Shown: positions 25,206 through 38,479, numbered from the stretch's first letter. The stretch is 64,000 nucleotides of DNA from Octopus sinensis (GCF_006345805.1 NC_043004.1:3720001-3784000), one strand, 5' to 3'. Program-made: numbers and translations. Notes: generated by a model not told the origin, from the letters alone.

Positions 25206-25655
25206 GGCAAGAAGAAAATGGAGGGGATACAGAAATAGTATACATCAACTGTTAGACATATCTATTTATTTATTCTAAAACATTTATGAGAATATATAGA
25301 TATGTAAAGTCTGTGTATTACATACATACGTACCAGTAATTCATAGAATAAAAAAAGAACAGTTTACCCTCGCCCATTTATTACGCTCATTAGTGAAATT
25401 TCCACTTGGGTATTAATGACTGAGTACACTACCAGCAGTATATTGAATAGGTACTATCCCTTAGTTGGTTGGATTCACAACCTCTAACTCTCACTGAATT
25501 ATATATATATATATATATATATCGCTACTGCTAATCAATGTGTATATGACGATTTATTGTCGGTTGACAGGTATCGGTACGCATCAGCCAACAGGTTGTT
25601 TGTTGATGTTCTAAGACATGAACTGTTTAGATTAGTTAGTCCGCGATGCTTCTGC

Positions 25656-25684
25656 TTGATGAGACACAATGATGTCGAAACGTC
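25656..25684 (+). ncRNA. Degenerate minimal hammerhead core
   Basis: UUGAUGA-GACA[CAAUGA]UGUC-GAAAC-GUC. C3 is U and stem I is not evident. Confidence 0.4.
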
Positions 25685-25904
25685 GGGTTTCCTAGAGTCC
25701 CTTGCACTAATGAATCGTTTGTGTTATAATAACACATTCGTTGTAAAGTTGTTCTGTGACGAAGCTTAACAGCGATTAGCGCGTTCACGTTCGAATCCGC
25801 CGGAATGTATAAAGAATGAATATGCAAATCATTGTCTTGATCACCGCTGTTCACAGCCGTGCACACGACGATTTATTTCATATATATATATATATATATA
25901 TAAT

Positions 25905-26117
25905 TCTTTTAGTTGTTTGTCATTTAACTGTGGCCATGCTGGAGCACCGCCTTTAGTCGAACAAATCGACCCTAGAACATATTCTTTGTAATTTGTAAGC
26001 CTAATACTCATTCTGTCGGTCTCTTTTGCCGAACCGCTAGTTTACGGGGACGTAAACACACCAGCATCGGTTGTCAAGCGATGGTAGGGGGACAAACACG
26101 GACACACACACACACAT

Positions 26118-26148
<31 letters not shown>

Positions 26149-26349
26149 CGCAAGAAAGAAGCAACAAGAATGGATAGGTTTTTAGTACAATCGTTTCAAA
26201 ACCTATCCATTCTTGTTGCTTCTTTCTCGCTTATAATCACCCCACATTACTGTATTGTTAAAACAGTATAGTTTTTTTTGGTGCATCTAAGTTAGGTACC
26301 ATATTCAAGTAAATTCATTTAAATTAACTTGAATCTTTATTGCTTTTTG

Positions 26350-26385
<36 letters not shown>

Positions 26386-26545
26386 ATATATATATACGAT
26401 GGGCTTCTTTCAGTTTCCATCTACCAAATCCACTCACAAGGCTTTGGTCGGCCTAAAGCCATAGTAGAATACACTCACCCAAGGTACTACGCAGTAGGAC
26501 TGAACCCGGAACCATGTGGTTGGTTAGCAAGCTACTTACCACTCA
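25905..26545 (-). mobile_element. SINE family A split by a ~240-bp insertion in its internal microsatellite
   Basis: Tail half at 25905-26145; head half at 26395-26545. Confidence 0.8.
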
Positions 26546-26583
26546 CCACTCTAAGGTATTCCTCTCAGCTGGTTGCCGTTTCT

Positions 26584-26690
<107 letters not shown>

Positions 26691-26839
26691 TTATGCAGTA
26701 AGGCTGCAACAAGTAGAATAGTACTCGATCAGCTAAGAATAAAGATAATGTGTGTTTATATAAGTGTAGACATATGCGTACACATATGTCGATATACGTG
26801 TGTATAAATGTGTGTATCTTTTTCTTTCTTTTTTTTTTG

Positions 26840-27408
26840 TTATTTTTGTTTTTAGTCGAACAAATCTACCCCAGTATTTATTCTATGTAAGTCTAGTATT
26901 TATTCTATCGTTCTCTTTTACCGAACCGCTAGCTTACGGGGACGTAAACACTCTAACATCGGTTGTCAAGCAATGGTGGGGTGACAAACACTAACACGCA
27001 AATACATACATACACACATACACACACATCTGGCTTCTTTCATTTTCCGACTACCAAATCCACTCACAAGGCTTTGGCTGGCCCGTGGCTATAGTAGAAG
27101 ACACTTGCCCAAGGTGCCACGCAGTGGGACTGAACTCAAAAGCATGTTGTTGGGAAGCAGCCTTCTTACCATACAGCCACTCTGCACCTATCTTTTATTT
27201 TTTATCTTGTTCCAGTCATTAGAATGCGGCCATGCTGGAGCACCTCCTCAAAAAACTTTAGTCGAACCAATCGACCCCTGTACATTTTTAAGCCTGCTAC
27301 CTATTCTATAAGTCCTTTTTGACGAACCGCTAAGTTACAGAGACGTAAACACACCGACACCGGTTGTCAGGTGGTGGTAGGGACAAACACAAGGACACAT
27401 ATACAAAC

Positions 27409-27450
<42 letters not shown>

Positions 27451-27570
27451 GCATGTATGTGTGTGCATACGACGGGCTTCTTTGAGTTTCCGTTTACCAA
27501 ATCCACCCCCAAGGGGCACCTGGCTAAAGTGGAAGATATATACCCAAGGTGCCACGCAGTGGAATTGAAC
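26840..27570 (-). mobile_element. Two tandem SINE family A copies
   Basis: Copies at about 26840-27185 and 27200-27570. Confidence 0.75.
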
Positions 27571-27699
27571 CCGTGTGTTTGTTTCTTTCTAACAATTCGC
27601 ATTTTTTAAATCTAGAACGAGTGAATTGCTTTCTAACAAAGAAACGAAATTCATCGTTGCAATTCGGGTAACAAAAACGATCAGTTTTTTTATATATCG

Positions 27700-28170
27700 A
27701 ACCCCAAGAAAGTCTTTCGCACTTTTATTGTTCTACTGCAAAGTTCGCGTCAGCCGGTATTTTTCTTTGCTTGATATTCCTATCTTTTCCAGGTTGTAGC
27801 TTAGACTTCTACTACCGTAACCAAGTGTACCAATAGATGTAAATGTAGATTTAGAATGAACGGAGAGGCGTTTCGGGTTTCGAAACCGCTGTCTGTAGAT
27901 ATTCTCCTTCTGACTTATTTTGGAAGAGACGTTCACAAGGCAACGTATCTTTATGGTTGTATATGAGATTTTTTTCTGTCGCAAATAGCTGTATTTTATG
28001 TTTAATCTTGATGGCAATGTCCCACCAATATTCCTTGTGCTGATACGAATGTATACCATAACAGGATGTTATCTATATTCATCCAAGGGCAGTCTTTTCC
28101 GCGGATGGCAGTGTATATTGTTCTGCATGTACGTTTTATTTTTCTCTTTTCAATTTTGACCGATCACCTT
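27700..28170 (-). mobile_element. R4/Dong-like REL fragment in tandem with 28215-28610
   Basis: RTIYTAIRGKDCP, KEYWWDIAIK and NVSSKISQKENIY...SIGTLGY..L.YNLEKIG. Confidence 0.65.
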
Positions 28171-28214
28171 CTTGGTAGAAAAGTTTTGAAGGAAAGCATC
28201 TTGTTTTGTTCCTC

Positions 28215-28610
28215 ATCCTTAAAATCTTAAGGAGGTTTTGCAGATTTTTATGGTCCTAGATATCATGATCATTTGTAGTGTATGAATTAAGGATTTGCAT
28301 TCTCTCCCCAAGACCCCAAATTCAGCCATATTTTGCTCCAAACAGGTTGGTATTTTTCCTTTTGATCCAATAATGTGTGAAACTGAAAGTGTATCTTGGG
28401 CACTGGGCTTGCAAATCCCTTATCAATGGTCCGCAGATGTCCTCTTTCTCTTCTATCTATCTGACCACATTGATGTCCAAGGGACAACTGATTACCACAA
28501 CTGAGCATTTTTTCGAGGTCCCACGCAACAATATCTGTCTCATTGTGTTTTTATTTGGTGACAGTTTCAATTTTTAAATTCCACCAATATTATTTTGATC
28601 CATCTCTGCG
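28215..28610 (-). mobile_element. R4/Dong-like REL fragment
   Basis: YWWNLKIETV.K.KHN..DIVAWDLEK, CSVVVISCPLDINVV..IEEKE and RTIKICKT. The 5' junction falls exactly at (CATA)n. Confidence 0.75.
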
Positions 28611-28840
28611 TATGTATGCATGCATGTATGTATGTATGTATGTAAGTATGTATGTATGTATGTATGTATGTATGTATGTATGTATGTATGTATGTATGTA
28701 TTATGTATGTGTGTGTGTGTGAACGAATGACTGTATGACTATCGTTACTTGGAACAAAGAGAACGTTCTCAGCTTCTTCAGAAAAGTTATGTTAAAAGAC
28801 ACTGGTTTACTGTACCATTCCACTTTTTCTTTCACCAATC

Positions 28841-28928
<88 letters not shown>

Positions 28929-29059
28929 AAGTTATTACATCGGACCCTTTTTAGTTACCAAATCTTGTTGGCTCTCAAAAGAGTTGTTTCGCTCAAATAG
29001 TTTCGATTCCTCCGCACATTGGATTCCTCCGCGTTCATTCATAAACAATTTACATTGTG

Positions 29060-29485
29060 CAGGAGTTCTTTTATTCCTTTCGTTTGTTTCAGTCGTCGAA
29101 CTTCGACCATGCTGGAGCATGACCTTAGTGCTTATTCTAAGTTAGGCACTTATTCTATCGCTCTCTTTTTGCTGAATCTCTAATGAACGGAGACGATAAC
29201 ACTCGACAATAGTTGACAACTAATGAGATGCAAAACACAAACTCACACACACACACACAAACTCGCATACACACATATACACGCACTCACACACGCACGC
29301 ATACACGCATATGTGTGTCTATGCGTGTGTGTGTGTGTGTGTGTGTCTGTCTGTCTGTGTGTATGCGTCAATCAAATCCACTCACAAGGCATTCACTCCT
29401 CCGATCCTGTAGTAGAAGACACACGGATTTACGCTTAAGGGGCCACATAGTGGGACTGAACCCGAAACCCTGTAGTTGCGATGCA
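29060..29485 (-). mobile_element. Old diverged SINE family A
   Basis: ccatgctggagca, aaatccactcacaaggc and gtgggactgaacccg. Confidence 0.65.
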
Positions 29486-29639
29486 ACCGTTTTAAACGCC
29501 AATTAACAGGAAAATCTTGTGGTATTCACTTTTCGTTCATTTCTTGAAATGGTAAAATTTTCGTCGCACCTCTGCGACCTGATCTCTGACGCAATTCGAT
29601 CTCAGTTAATTTTTGTATAAAATAAATGAACAGCTTAGA

Positions 29640-29800
29640 CACAGGCGTGGCTGTCTGGTAAGAAGCTTGCTTCCCAACAACATGGTTCCGTGTTCAGTCC
29701 CACTGCATGGCACCTTGCGCAAGTGTCTTCTACTATAGTCTCAGGCCGATCAAAGCCTCGTGAGTGGATTTGGTAGCCAGAAACTGAAAGAAACCCGCAG

Positions 29801-29875
<75 letters not shown>

Positions 29876-30075
29876 TGTGTGTCTGTTTCTCCCCCTACCA
29901 TCGCTTGACAACCGGTGTTAGCGTGTTTACGTCCCCGTAACTTAGCGGTTCAGCAAAAGAGATTGATAGAATAAGTACTAGGCTTACAAAGAATAAGTCG
30001 TTGGGTCGATTTGTTCGACTAAAGATTTTGCTCCACCCTGGCCCCAATCAAATGACTGAAATAAGTAAAAGAATA
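29640..30075 (+). mobile_element. SINE family A, full length
   Basis: All family motifs are present. Confidence 0.85.
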
Positions 30076-30807
30076 AACGAATAACTTTGGTTTCCCACGT
30101 AAAATAATGGTCACCATTCCCATCATTGAACCAGTTCTTCCTTTCCTCTTGAATTGATTCTTATGAAGCCTAAGATCATTCTACGTTATGTTGTGTTGCT
30201 CCCCCCCCCCGCCACCTTGCTGTATTTCCAAGCATTTCCAAATACCTTATCTTTCAATGTTATGCCTGTTGTTAAATAAGTTCCATATGTCTTTTAAATA
30301 ACCTGATAAAACCAACTGTTTTTCTGTATTTTCGGAATAATTTTTGCCTAAGATTACAGGTGTTGTCATTTCTCTCTATTGTGAATTAAATATTCACTTA
30401 CTAAGCTAAGTAATTTTACTTGTCAAAGGTTGTTGTCCGAAAGCTGACAGGACTTAACTCTATAACACCTATTGTTAAGTAATTCTTGGTATTTCAAATA
30501 CTGCGCTCTTTCGGGAAGAAAACGACAAGTTTAAATGCTTGAACGAGTTCTAAGGATTCATTATATTTCAGGAATATTATTGCAAGCGAACAATAAAGGC
30601 GGAGTTGTTACTGAATTATTTTACATCCAAATTAGATGGATGGATGGATGGATGGATGGATGGATGGATGGGTAGACAGGTAGGTAGGTAGGTAGGTAGG
30701 TAGGTAGGTAGGTAAGTAGGTAGGTAGGTAGGTAGGTAGGTAGGTAGGTAGGTAGGTAGGTAGGTAGATAGATAGATATAGGTAGGTAGGTAGGTAGGTA
30801 GGTAGAG

Positions 30808-30882
<75 letters not shown>

Positions 30883-30903
30883 GAGGTAGATATAGGAAGT
30901 AGG

Positions 30904-30934
<31 letters not shown>

Positions 30935-30949
30935 GTAGATATAGGTAAG

Positions 30950-31069
<120 letters not shown>

Positions 31070-32139
31070 CGGATGGACAGGTAGGTAGATAAGTAGGTAG
31101 GTAGGTAAAGACGACAATGGGAAGTACTGAATGCTGTACACGAATAAATTCTTAATGTTTCAAATTTTCCTTCCAGACTGAGAAAGTAAACAAAAACTAG
31201 CAGGGATTGTTAGATTTCTGAAAGAGAAAGGAAGATAGAGTTCCAGTAATTAGAATAATGTTTATTGAATTAACACTAGGAAAAAGGACAGCCCAGTTTT
31301 CGTTTTAGAGGCAGGAAGCTTCTATGGACACATGTTTCTACCACAATAGACATCGTCGGTTTAATATTGTCCTTCTCGCTCTTCCCGATTCTTATATTAC
31401 TTAGAGACTATTTAAGCGTTATAGAGTTGTTATCTTCCTACAAGATCGTAATATTTGATGCGTCAAGAATGATGAAAACTAAGTGTTATAGCGCTATATG
31501 CTGTCAACTTCCAAAACAACACTCTTTGGCAGTTAAAGGGAAAGGAATCGTAGGTCTTGGAACAATAGCTTTGATACGAGCCAACAAATGAATCTAGACG
31601 TGGTCGCTCGATTCACTAGAAATAACAATCAAATCTTCCCAAACCACACCGTGAAGTTTTTAAAATGACAAGACATGATGGATACTGAATTCCTGAATAT
31701 ACAAAAAGTCCGGATTGCCATATATGGAACTTATTTCATTATAGAATCTCCTAAATCAGGTTGATGAAATAAAAGTCAAAGACAACATCGACGAACGACA
31801 TTGCATGAGAGAGAGAGCGGGGGGGGGGATTTTCAAACACTAGTTTAGACCTATTGTATTTATTTTTTTGTATGTGTTTTGTTTTATTTCTATTCTATTT
31901 TATTTCCTTTTTTTTTTAGAATTTCATTGAAACTCCTTGTAGAAGTTTTCAGTAAAATAATAGAAAGCCGCCTGGTGCACTTTTCCTCAGATTTTAATGA
32001 CCCGTTCATTGTAATCACAGATCGATCAATCAAATGTCGTTTTGTGAATAATCTGTTTGATTATTAGATCGAAGTGAGTTCAATAAACTGGTCATTTAAA
32101 GAATATTGCACTTTGTGGTATTTTGTTATTTGACTCAAT

Positions 32140-32345
32140 CATGGTGGCGTACTGATGGAATCGTTAGAGCATCGGGAAAATGTTTTGTACAATTAGGTTC
32201 CGGCTTTTTAACATCTGAGTTCAAATCCCACCAAGCTCAACTTTGCTTTCCATCCTTCAGGGGTTGATGAAATGAATAACCAATCTTATGGTGTCGATAG
32301 TCCCCACTAGACTCCCTTACCCTTAAGATTTCTGTCCTTGTGTCT
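32140..32345 (+). mobile_element. Old SINE family B
   Basis: tctgagttcaaatccc...ctttgctttccatccttcaggg. Confidence 0.6.
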
Positions 32346-33093
32346 AAATTATAAAACTATTATTTTAATTATGTTTAGAAATTGTTCGAATAACAAGGTT
32401 CCATGTGGAATCGGTGTTTATTCCTGGTTTCCGCAATGAGTGATAATTTTACCCTCGTTTTATTGTATTTAGAGAGTCAAACTGAAAGAATTGAGCTCGG
32501 TTCTATAAGCTATCAAAAAGCTGATCATTTCTAAAGTGCCATGGTATTTTACTTGAGAAAGTCTTCCTCGTAGAACTGTGCGGACCCAGCTACTGTAAAT
32601 TATGTATTTCAGAAAATGTTTCAATGCTGTTCAGTTACTGACAATTGACAAATTTCATATAACGTCAACATTAGACGACTGTTCAGATGGTTCACACATC
32701 CATGGAGTAATGTTGATGATGCACACAGCCCCGCCGCCACTGCGCGCGCATACACAAACATACACACACACACACACACACTTTCTTGGATTGTTCTAAA
32801 TTATTCTAAGTTGTTCTGTGGGTATTTGTTTTGCATACTCTACACCATTTTCTATAATTAAAGGTGGATATTTTTGTTTAAGCAGAAATCTCTTGAGTTC
32901 TGAGAATCATTTGTCTCAACACCATTGACAATAGTACCAATTTTCCTGGCAAGACACTATGGGATATTCCATTTTCTATGTGGGGAATGGCAGGATTTGA
33001 ATTTCAGATACTGATGTGTTGACGTATACGTGTTTGTATAATATATATCCATTGTGATGTTGCTATTATTTTTAATTACCATTATATCATGAA

Positions 33094-33455
33094 ACTAGCA
33101 GTATAGCCCGGCATTGCTCGGATTTGTTTTCTTTTCGACCCTTTAGAATTGGAATTTTGAAAAGTAAAAATTGTGTAGCTTGTTATTCTCTTTAAGTGAA
33201 CATTTTTATGGTTGAAATACACCGAAAAATGGCGACACAGCAGTAAAAAAATCGTAAAAAATAGGGATTTTCATAGAAAAAAAAGTACCTTTTTGATGTA
33301 AATAATTTTTGGTCTTAACATGGTCCAATTTGAATTTTTTCTCCTACGAAAGGAAGAGCAAGCCTTCTTCTATCACACTCTCAATTTTGGTCAACTTGCG
33401 CCGCAGGGTCTCGGAGGGGATAGTGTTAGTCGAAGGATGATAAACCTGCCACACA

Positions 33456-33486
<31 letters not shown>

Positions 33487-33515
33487 CAGACAACTTCAGC
33501 TTTATATATAAAGAT
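33094..33515 (+). mobile_element. Lep1/HINE-like non-autonomous rolling-circle element
   Basis: 5' actagcagtatagcccggcattgctcgg; subterminal (CA)n; 3' ctttatatataaagat. Confidence 0.65.
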
Positions 33516-33519
33516 TGTA

Positions 33520-33900
33520 TGTTTTGTATTGCTCATCTCTTTTGTGAACTTCAATGCTGGATGTAAATTGTTCAGGAGAGCACTGAATTCTTCCAAGAAT
33601 TTCGAGAAGACCACCGTTAAAGCAAGCTTGCCTATCATCAGACAAAGTAACGAATTAAGAGATTTAATTAACCTATCTAGATTAACTAATCGATCTAGTT
33701 CGCCTCATTTGCGCCATCCACCATGATCTCGCATATGGTTCAGGAGGTCATCAGCGTAACAACCCATGTATATCCATGTTGAGATGTCCATAGAATTATG
33801 TCCAGCAATGTCCTGCACATTACCTGCGTCTCTATCTAATGACAGCGAGCTTTAGCAAGAAAACGGACTTGCAATCTTTGATCGGAGGCTTTTATACAGG
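33520..33900 (-). mobile_element. Degraded RTE 3' end (33630-33900) followed by a Penelope-type RT scrap (33520-33610)
   Basis: CAGHCW, DIILWTSQHG and DL..HMRDHGGWR (RTE C-terminus). LNNLHPALKFTKE matches the Penelope LN..HP.IKFT.E motif. Confidence 0.55.
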
Positions 33901-33980
33901 ACGGCTCTTAAGTGCCATGAAATCTTGCCTCGAGGAATTTGAATGTCTCAAAACGTAAAGGGGCGTAACTCACAAGACAC

Positions 33981-34013
<33 letters not shown>

Positions 34014-34139
34014 CGTGCGTGCGCGTGTTTGTGTGTGTGTGTGTGTGTGTGCGCGCGCGCGCGCGCGCGTTTTTGTGTGTGTGTGTGTTTGTGTGTGTTT
34101 GTGCTTGTGTGTATGTGCGGGAATGTGTGTATGTATATG

Positions 34140-34465
34140 TGGCGTAGATTAGTACTTAGTGGTATTCAGTTCACGATCGCAAGGTCGTAAGTTCGATTCC
34201 CTGCGACATGTTGTGTCCTTGAGCAAGACACTTTACTTCATATTGCTCCAGTCCAATCAGCTGGCGAAAATTAACTGTACCGGTAATTCTAAAGGGCCAA
34301 CCTTGTCACATTCTGTATGTGTGTCACGCTGAATCTCCCCGAGAACTACATTAAGGGTACACGTGTCTGTGGAGTGCTCAGCCGCTTGCACGTTAATTTT
34401 ACGAGCAGGCTGCTCCGTAGATCGGATCAACTGGAACCCTCGTCGTCGTAACCGACGGAGTACTC

Positions 34466-34468
<3 letters not shown>
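34140..34468 (+). mobile_element. SINE family C
   Basis: Same motifs. Its 3' 50 bp are locally duplicated at about 34697-34750. Confidence 0.8.
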
Positions 34469-34500
<32 letters not shown>

Positions 34501-34629
34501 TTTATTTGGAAGGACCCATTTTAAACTCTGTTGGACTTTTGGACTTTACTCAGGATATTGGAATATTGCATATATACTATTAAACCTAAAAAATGGATTT
34601 ACAACTTCAATATCCAAACATATCTTGCA

Positions 34630-34684
<55 letters not shown>

Positions 34685-34758
34685 ATGTATGTATGTAGAT
34701 CGCATCAACTGGAACCCTCGTCATCGTAACCGACAGAGTGCCCAACTATATGTATGTA

Positions 34759-34803
<45 letters not shown>

Positions 34804-35842
34804 ATAATACATACAGCGATATATATATTTGGGGAATGGGTCTGGTCGATTGCATTATGTAAAGCGGAAAAGGGAAACCAATCTCACGGAATTTGAAACT
34901 AAGAAATGAAAGGGGCGTAACTTAATACCAAAAGGTATTCAATCCGACTCTTTGGCTATTCCATCGCTTCCACAAGTCATGGTAATAATTGGTCTCTAAT
35001 ATTAACAGAAAAGGTGGGGGATGGATTCGTTTGATCATAGAATTTGAGTGGGACTTACTTGAACGAACCCTGAAAAATAAAATCCAAAGTAGACTCGGGC
35101 TGGAATTGAACTTGCAATGACAAAGGGCGCGACTGAATAACACAAAAGAATTGTGACCAGCGCTTAACTGATTCTACCAAACACAACTGGCGCCACCACC
35201 ATAACAACGACGACGACAACGAACATAGAGGATAGCTAGTACACTAATTGATATAGATTACTGCGCTGTAGTTTCAGGGGAAGAGGGGAGGCGGATGAGA
35301 AAACAAACAACAACAACAACAGCAACAACAATGAAGAGTTTATTTTGAGAAAACCTAATAGTATAGGTAGTTAAGAGTTTATATTGCTTCGACGGCCATA
35401 TAATAGGTTCTTTTTTAGTTGTATATTTTTTTCTTAAGCCGATATCGATGACCGTAAGAAGATGAGCTGTAGTGACTTAGAAGAAGAAAGAAGAAGGAGA
35501 AGAAGAAAACAACTGAAATGAAAAGATGAAGAAAAAGAAAATAATATGAAAAGTTTTACCACGGGAAAAAGCGGAAGTCCTAAATCCTCGTTGTGTGAAT
35601 TCCGGAAATTCAAAGGCGCGCCGGAAATAGACAGCCGTGATATGGGTTCTAATGTATGGATGTCGTGTTAAGTGGCATTGGTCAAAAGTGGAGGTGGAAT
35701 GATTTCAGAGTCTCGCCACGGCACGCACGCTACGCATTGCTGGTCATTTTTCGAGCCAAAGTAAAGCGGCTGGCGGCCAAGTGGACAACATTTTATGATG
35801 CATTCAGCAGAGAGAAAGAGAAAAACGATGATAATAAAGAAA

Positions 35843-35892
<50 letters not shown>

Positions 35893-36082
35893 TTGAGTGA
35901 GAGAACGAAAGACTATTGTGAACTACCTGGGCGACAATAAGAATCGGTTGTCGTCGAAGTCTTGTTTTTCAACGGATTGACCGATCACAGCCTGATGGTA
36001 AATAAATTTCTCTCTAATCATTTGACTGCTTTAGCTAATCAACATTGACGTCAGACACAGCTTTACACAAGACATCACTCTT

Positions 36083-36137
<55 letters not shown>

Positions 36138-36140
36138 TTT

Positions 36141-36177
<37 letters not shown>

Positions 36178-36430
36178 CCTCCCTCTCAGTGAAATCAGGG
36201 CGAAAGTGTCGATGCTCTGAAGTGGTGCTGGTGTTGCCGAGCGTAATGTGAAGACGATGGCGACGATGAAAAGGTGGTGGCTGTGAAAACGAAAGGAAAA
36301 TGTAGAATGTAAAACTTCAGTGAATGAAGCCAGCGACTGAACGGATAAATATAATATTGGAGCTAAAAATATTTCCAAAACTTACCGCTTTCACATTCTC
36401 TTCCTTTCTCGCTCCTCTTTTCCTCCTCCA

Positions 36431-36458
36431 TATATGTATGCGCGTGCGCATACATATA
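36431..36458. promoter_or_regulatory. NRF1-type palindrome (TGCGCGTGCGCA) within a 28-bp near-perfect palindrome, next to a minus-strand splice donor
   Basis: tatatgtatgcgcgtgcgcatacatata; AAGCG|gtaagt donor at 36386/36385. Confidence 0.35.
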
Positions 36459-36499
36459 TATTGATATGTATGTATGAAGATCGGGTGTGTGTGTGAGTA

Positions 36500-36865
36500 G
36501 TTTGTCCGTCGTTGTCAACGATGACCAAGAACATCAGATGAGAGAAAAAGACCGGGTACGATGTGTGTCCAGCTGCGGCCGATCAGTATGATGCGCGCTT
36601 GGAAGGCTCTACTGCAGATTGAGTATTAGGGGTGGAGGAAGAGTCTGCAGGGATTAAAGGCAAGATTGCGTTTTCATCGTGTCCCTGCAATTCTGTTCTG
36701 TTCGTAGGAGTACAGTATTGCCAGGCAGGGCTGTCTTATGCTTGCGTTTCCCAGGTGTCGGTGTTGATCTCAAAGCTCTTCATTGAAGCTTTGGGTGTGT
36801 CCATGGAGCGCTTGTTCTGTCCACCTTGCGTGCGCCTGCTTTCCGCCAGTTCGTTATCTCTTGGT
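36500..36865 (-). mobile_element. RTE (BovB-like) LINE 3' fragment
   Basis: EL..SRRTQGGQNKR..DT.KASMKSFEIN.DTWE.QA.D..AW followed by a degraded C2H2-like tail. Confidence 0.7.
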
Positions 36866-37281
36866 ATATGTGTGCGTGTTTGTGTGTGTGTGTATACATA
36901 TGTATACATACACACTCACAACATGAAGACATGAACATACACACACATCCTTACAGTTGTAGGTGTTTGTATATATGTGGGTATATGTGTGTGTCTGTGT
37001 GTATGTGTGTGTGTCTAAATCCTCGTTGTGTGAATTCTGAAAATTCAAAGGCGCGTCAGAAATAGACAGCTGTGATATGGGTTCTAATGTTATTTTCTTT
37101 CTTATATTTGATAAGGTGCATCTTTTCCGAAATATTATGATACAATATCTTTTCTGTATATTTCTATTTATTGATATCACCTTACATATCTAGCCAGATT
37201 TCTCAGCTGCATTCTTCAAAGGGTGTAGGTGTGTGTGCATATCTGAGTTTGTGTGTGTATGTATGTATGTATGTGTGTGTA

Positions 37282-37312
<31 letters not shown>

Positions 37313-37329
37313 AGTGATAGAAGGAATTT

Positions 37330-37362
37330 TCGACGTTTCGAGCAGAATCCTTCTTCAGACTA
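37330..37362 (-). ncRNA. Degenerate minimal hammerhead core at the end of a CT-rich Penelope-like 3' region (about 37330-37900)
   Basis: CUGAAGA-AGGAUUCUGCUC-GAAAC-GUC; stem II is imperfect. Confidence 0.35.
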
Positions 37363-38479
37363 ATGATGACAGAAAAAAGACAGACAAGATTAATGTCTTT
37401 GATAAAAGAGCGACAAGCGACAAATGATAGAGAAAACAAAGCAGCGTGAGACGGCATATTTAAACAAAAATAGGGGAGAAAAACTTGATAAGGGAAGGTG
37501 AAGGTAAATAAAAAGAAGCCGGGTGAAGGTGGGAGTGGAGAAAAAGTGAGAGGAGAGCTATGAATTACTCTGTAGGTGGAAGGATGCGGATTAATACAAG
37601 AGAAAACAATTGGTAAAGCATTCAAAGATGTGGGGAATAGAATCACGTGGAGGACTATGAGCTGAGGAGAAGGAAACATCCGAGGATGTAAAAAGGAAAT
37701 GAAACTCAGAGAGAGGCAAACGCTTCTGTTAAGATGCGGTTTATGTGCTTGTGACGTATGAGATCGACTGGAAGTTGCTTGAAGAGGAAGAGGAGGGAAG
37801 AGACAGACAGGGTAACAAGCACTAAATGCTTGATACAAACACACAGTATGTGCGCACGTGAGTGACGAAATTGATAATCCATTATGAGGAACAAATGAAA
37901 CATATAAGAAAGTATTCGCGATTAGATAGTCATAGAAGATGGTAGTTATGTTTATGAATAAGAAATGAAGCAGGAAATGAATGCTTAATAAAATTTATGC
38001 GGTGAAGAAAAAAAAATTGCTTCTTGGGTTCATGTTTAATTTTGTTCTTAAATTCTTCAGCCAGCATTCCTTACCAATTTACTGAAAAACTGAGAGAAAA
38101 GCTTCATCTACAAAACCTTTATTCAAAGACTGGTTGAAGAATTGTTCTGAGCATAAAACAAGTTTAGCTATAAGAAATATTGAATTTCTAAATCTCTCGT
38201 AGAGACATGTACGGTGGTGGGGCGATAGAATGGTTGTATACTGTCAATCTAACAAGAACGTGACAGTAGGGGGTACACCACCGCTGTATAGCCCTAGGAA
38301 GCATCGAACGCCTCCTGATGGCTTTGACACATTTTTCCCTGTGTCCTTATATACATATACGAAGGGGAGACAAACACCCCCGGCTGCCGAAACTGCATCT
38401 AGGGACACGTGTTTCAAGATCGTTGTCCTTCATCGGCCTAGAGTAGCAGACACCTGTAAATTTCGCTCATTTTTATGAA

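Noticed and set aside
30120-30630. Possible fifth R4-like REL fragment beside the (GATA)n block
   Set aside because: Only faint IELS and PVILG echoes, with no PD or EYWW motif. Too weak to call.
37203-37844. 213-aa minus-strand ORF
   Set aside because: Low-complexity CT-rich sequence ending in microsatellite. More likely a Penelope-like 3' region than a gene.
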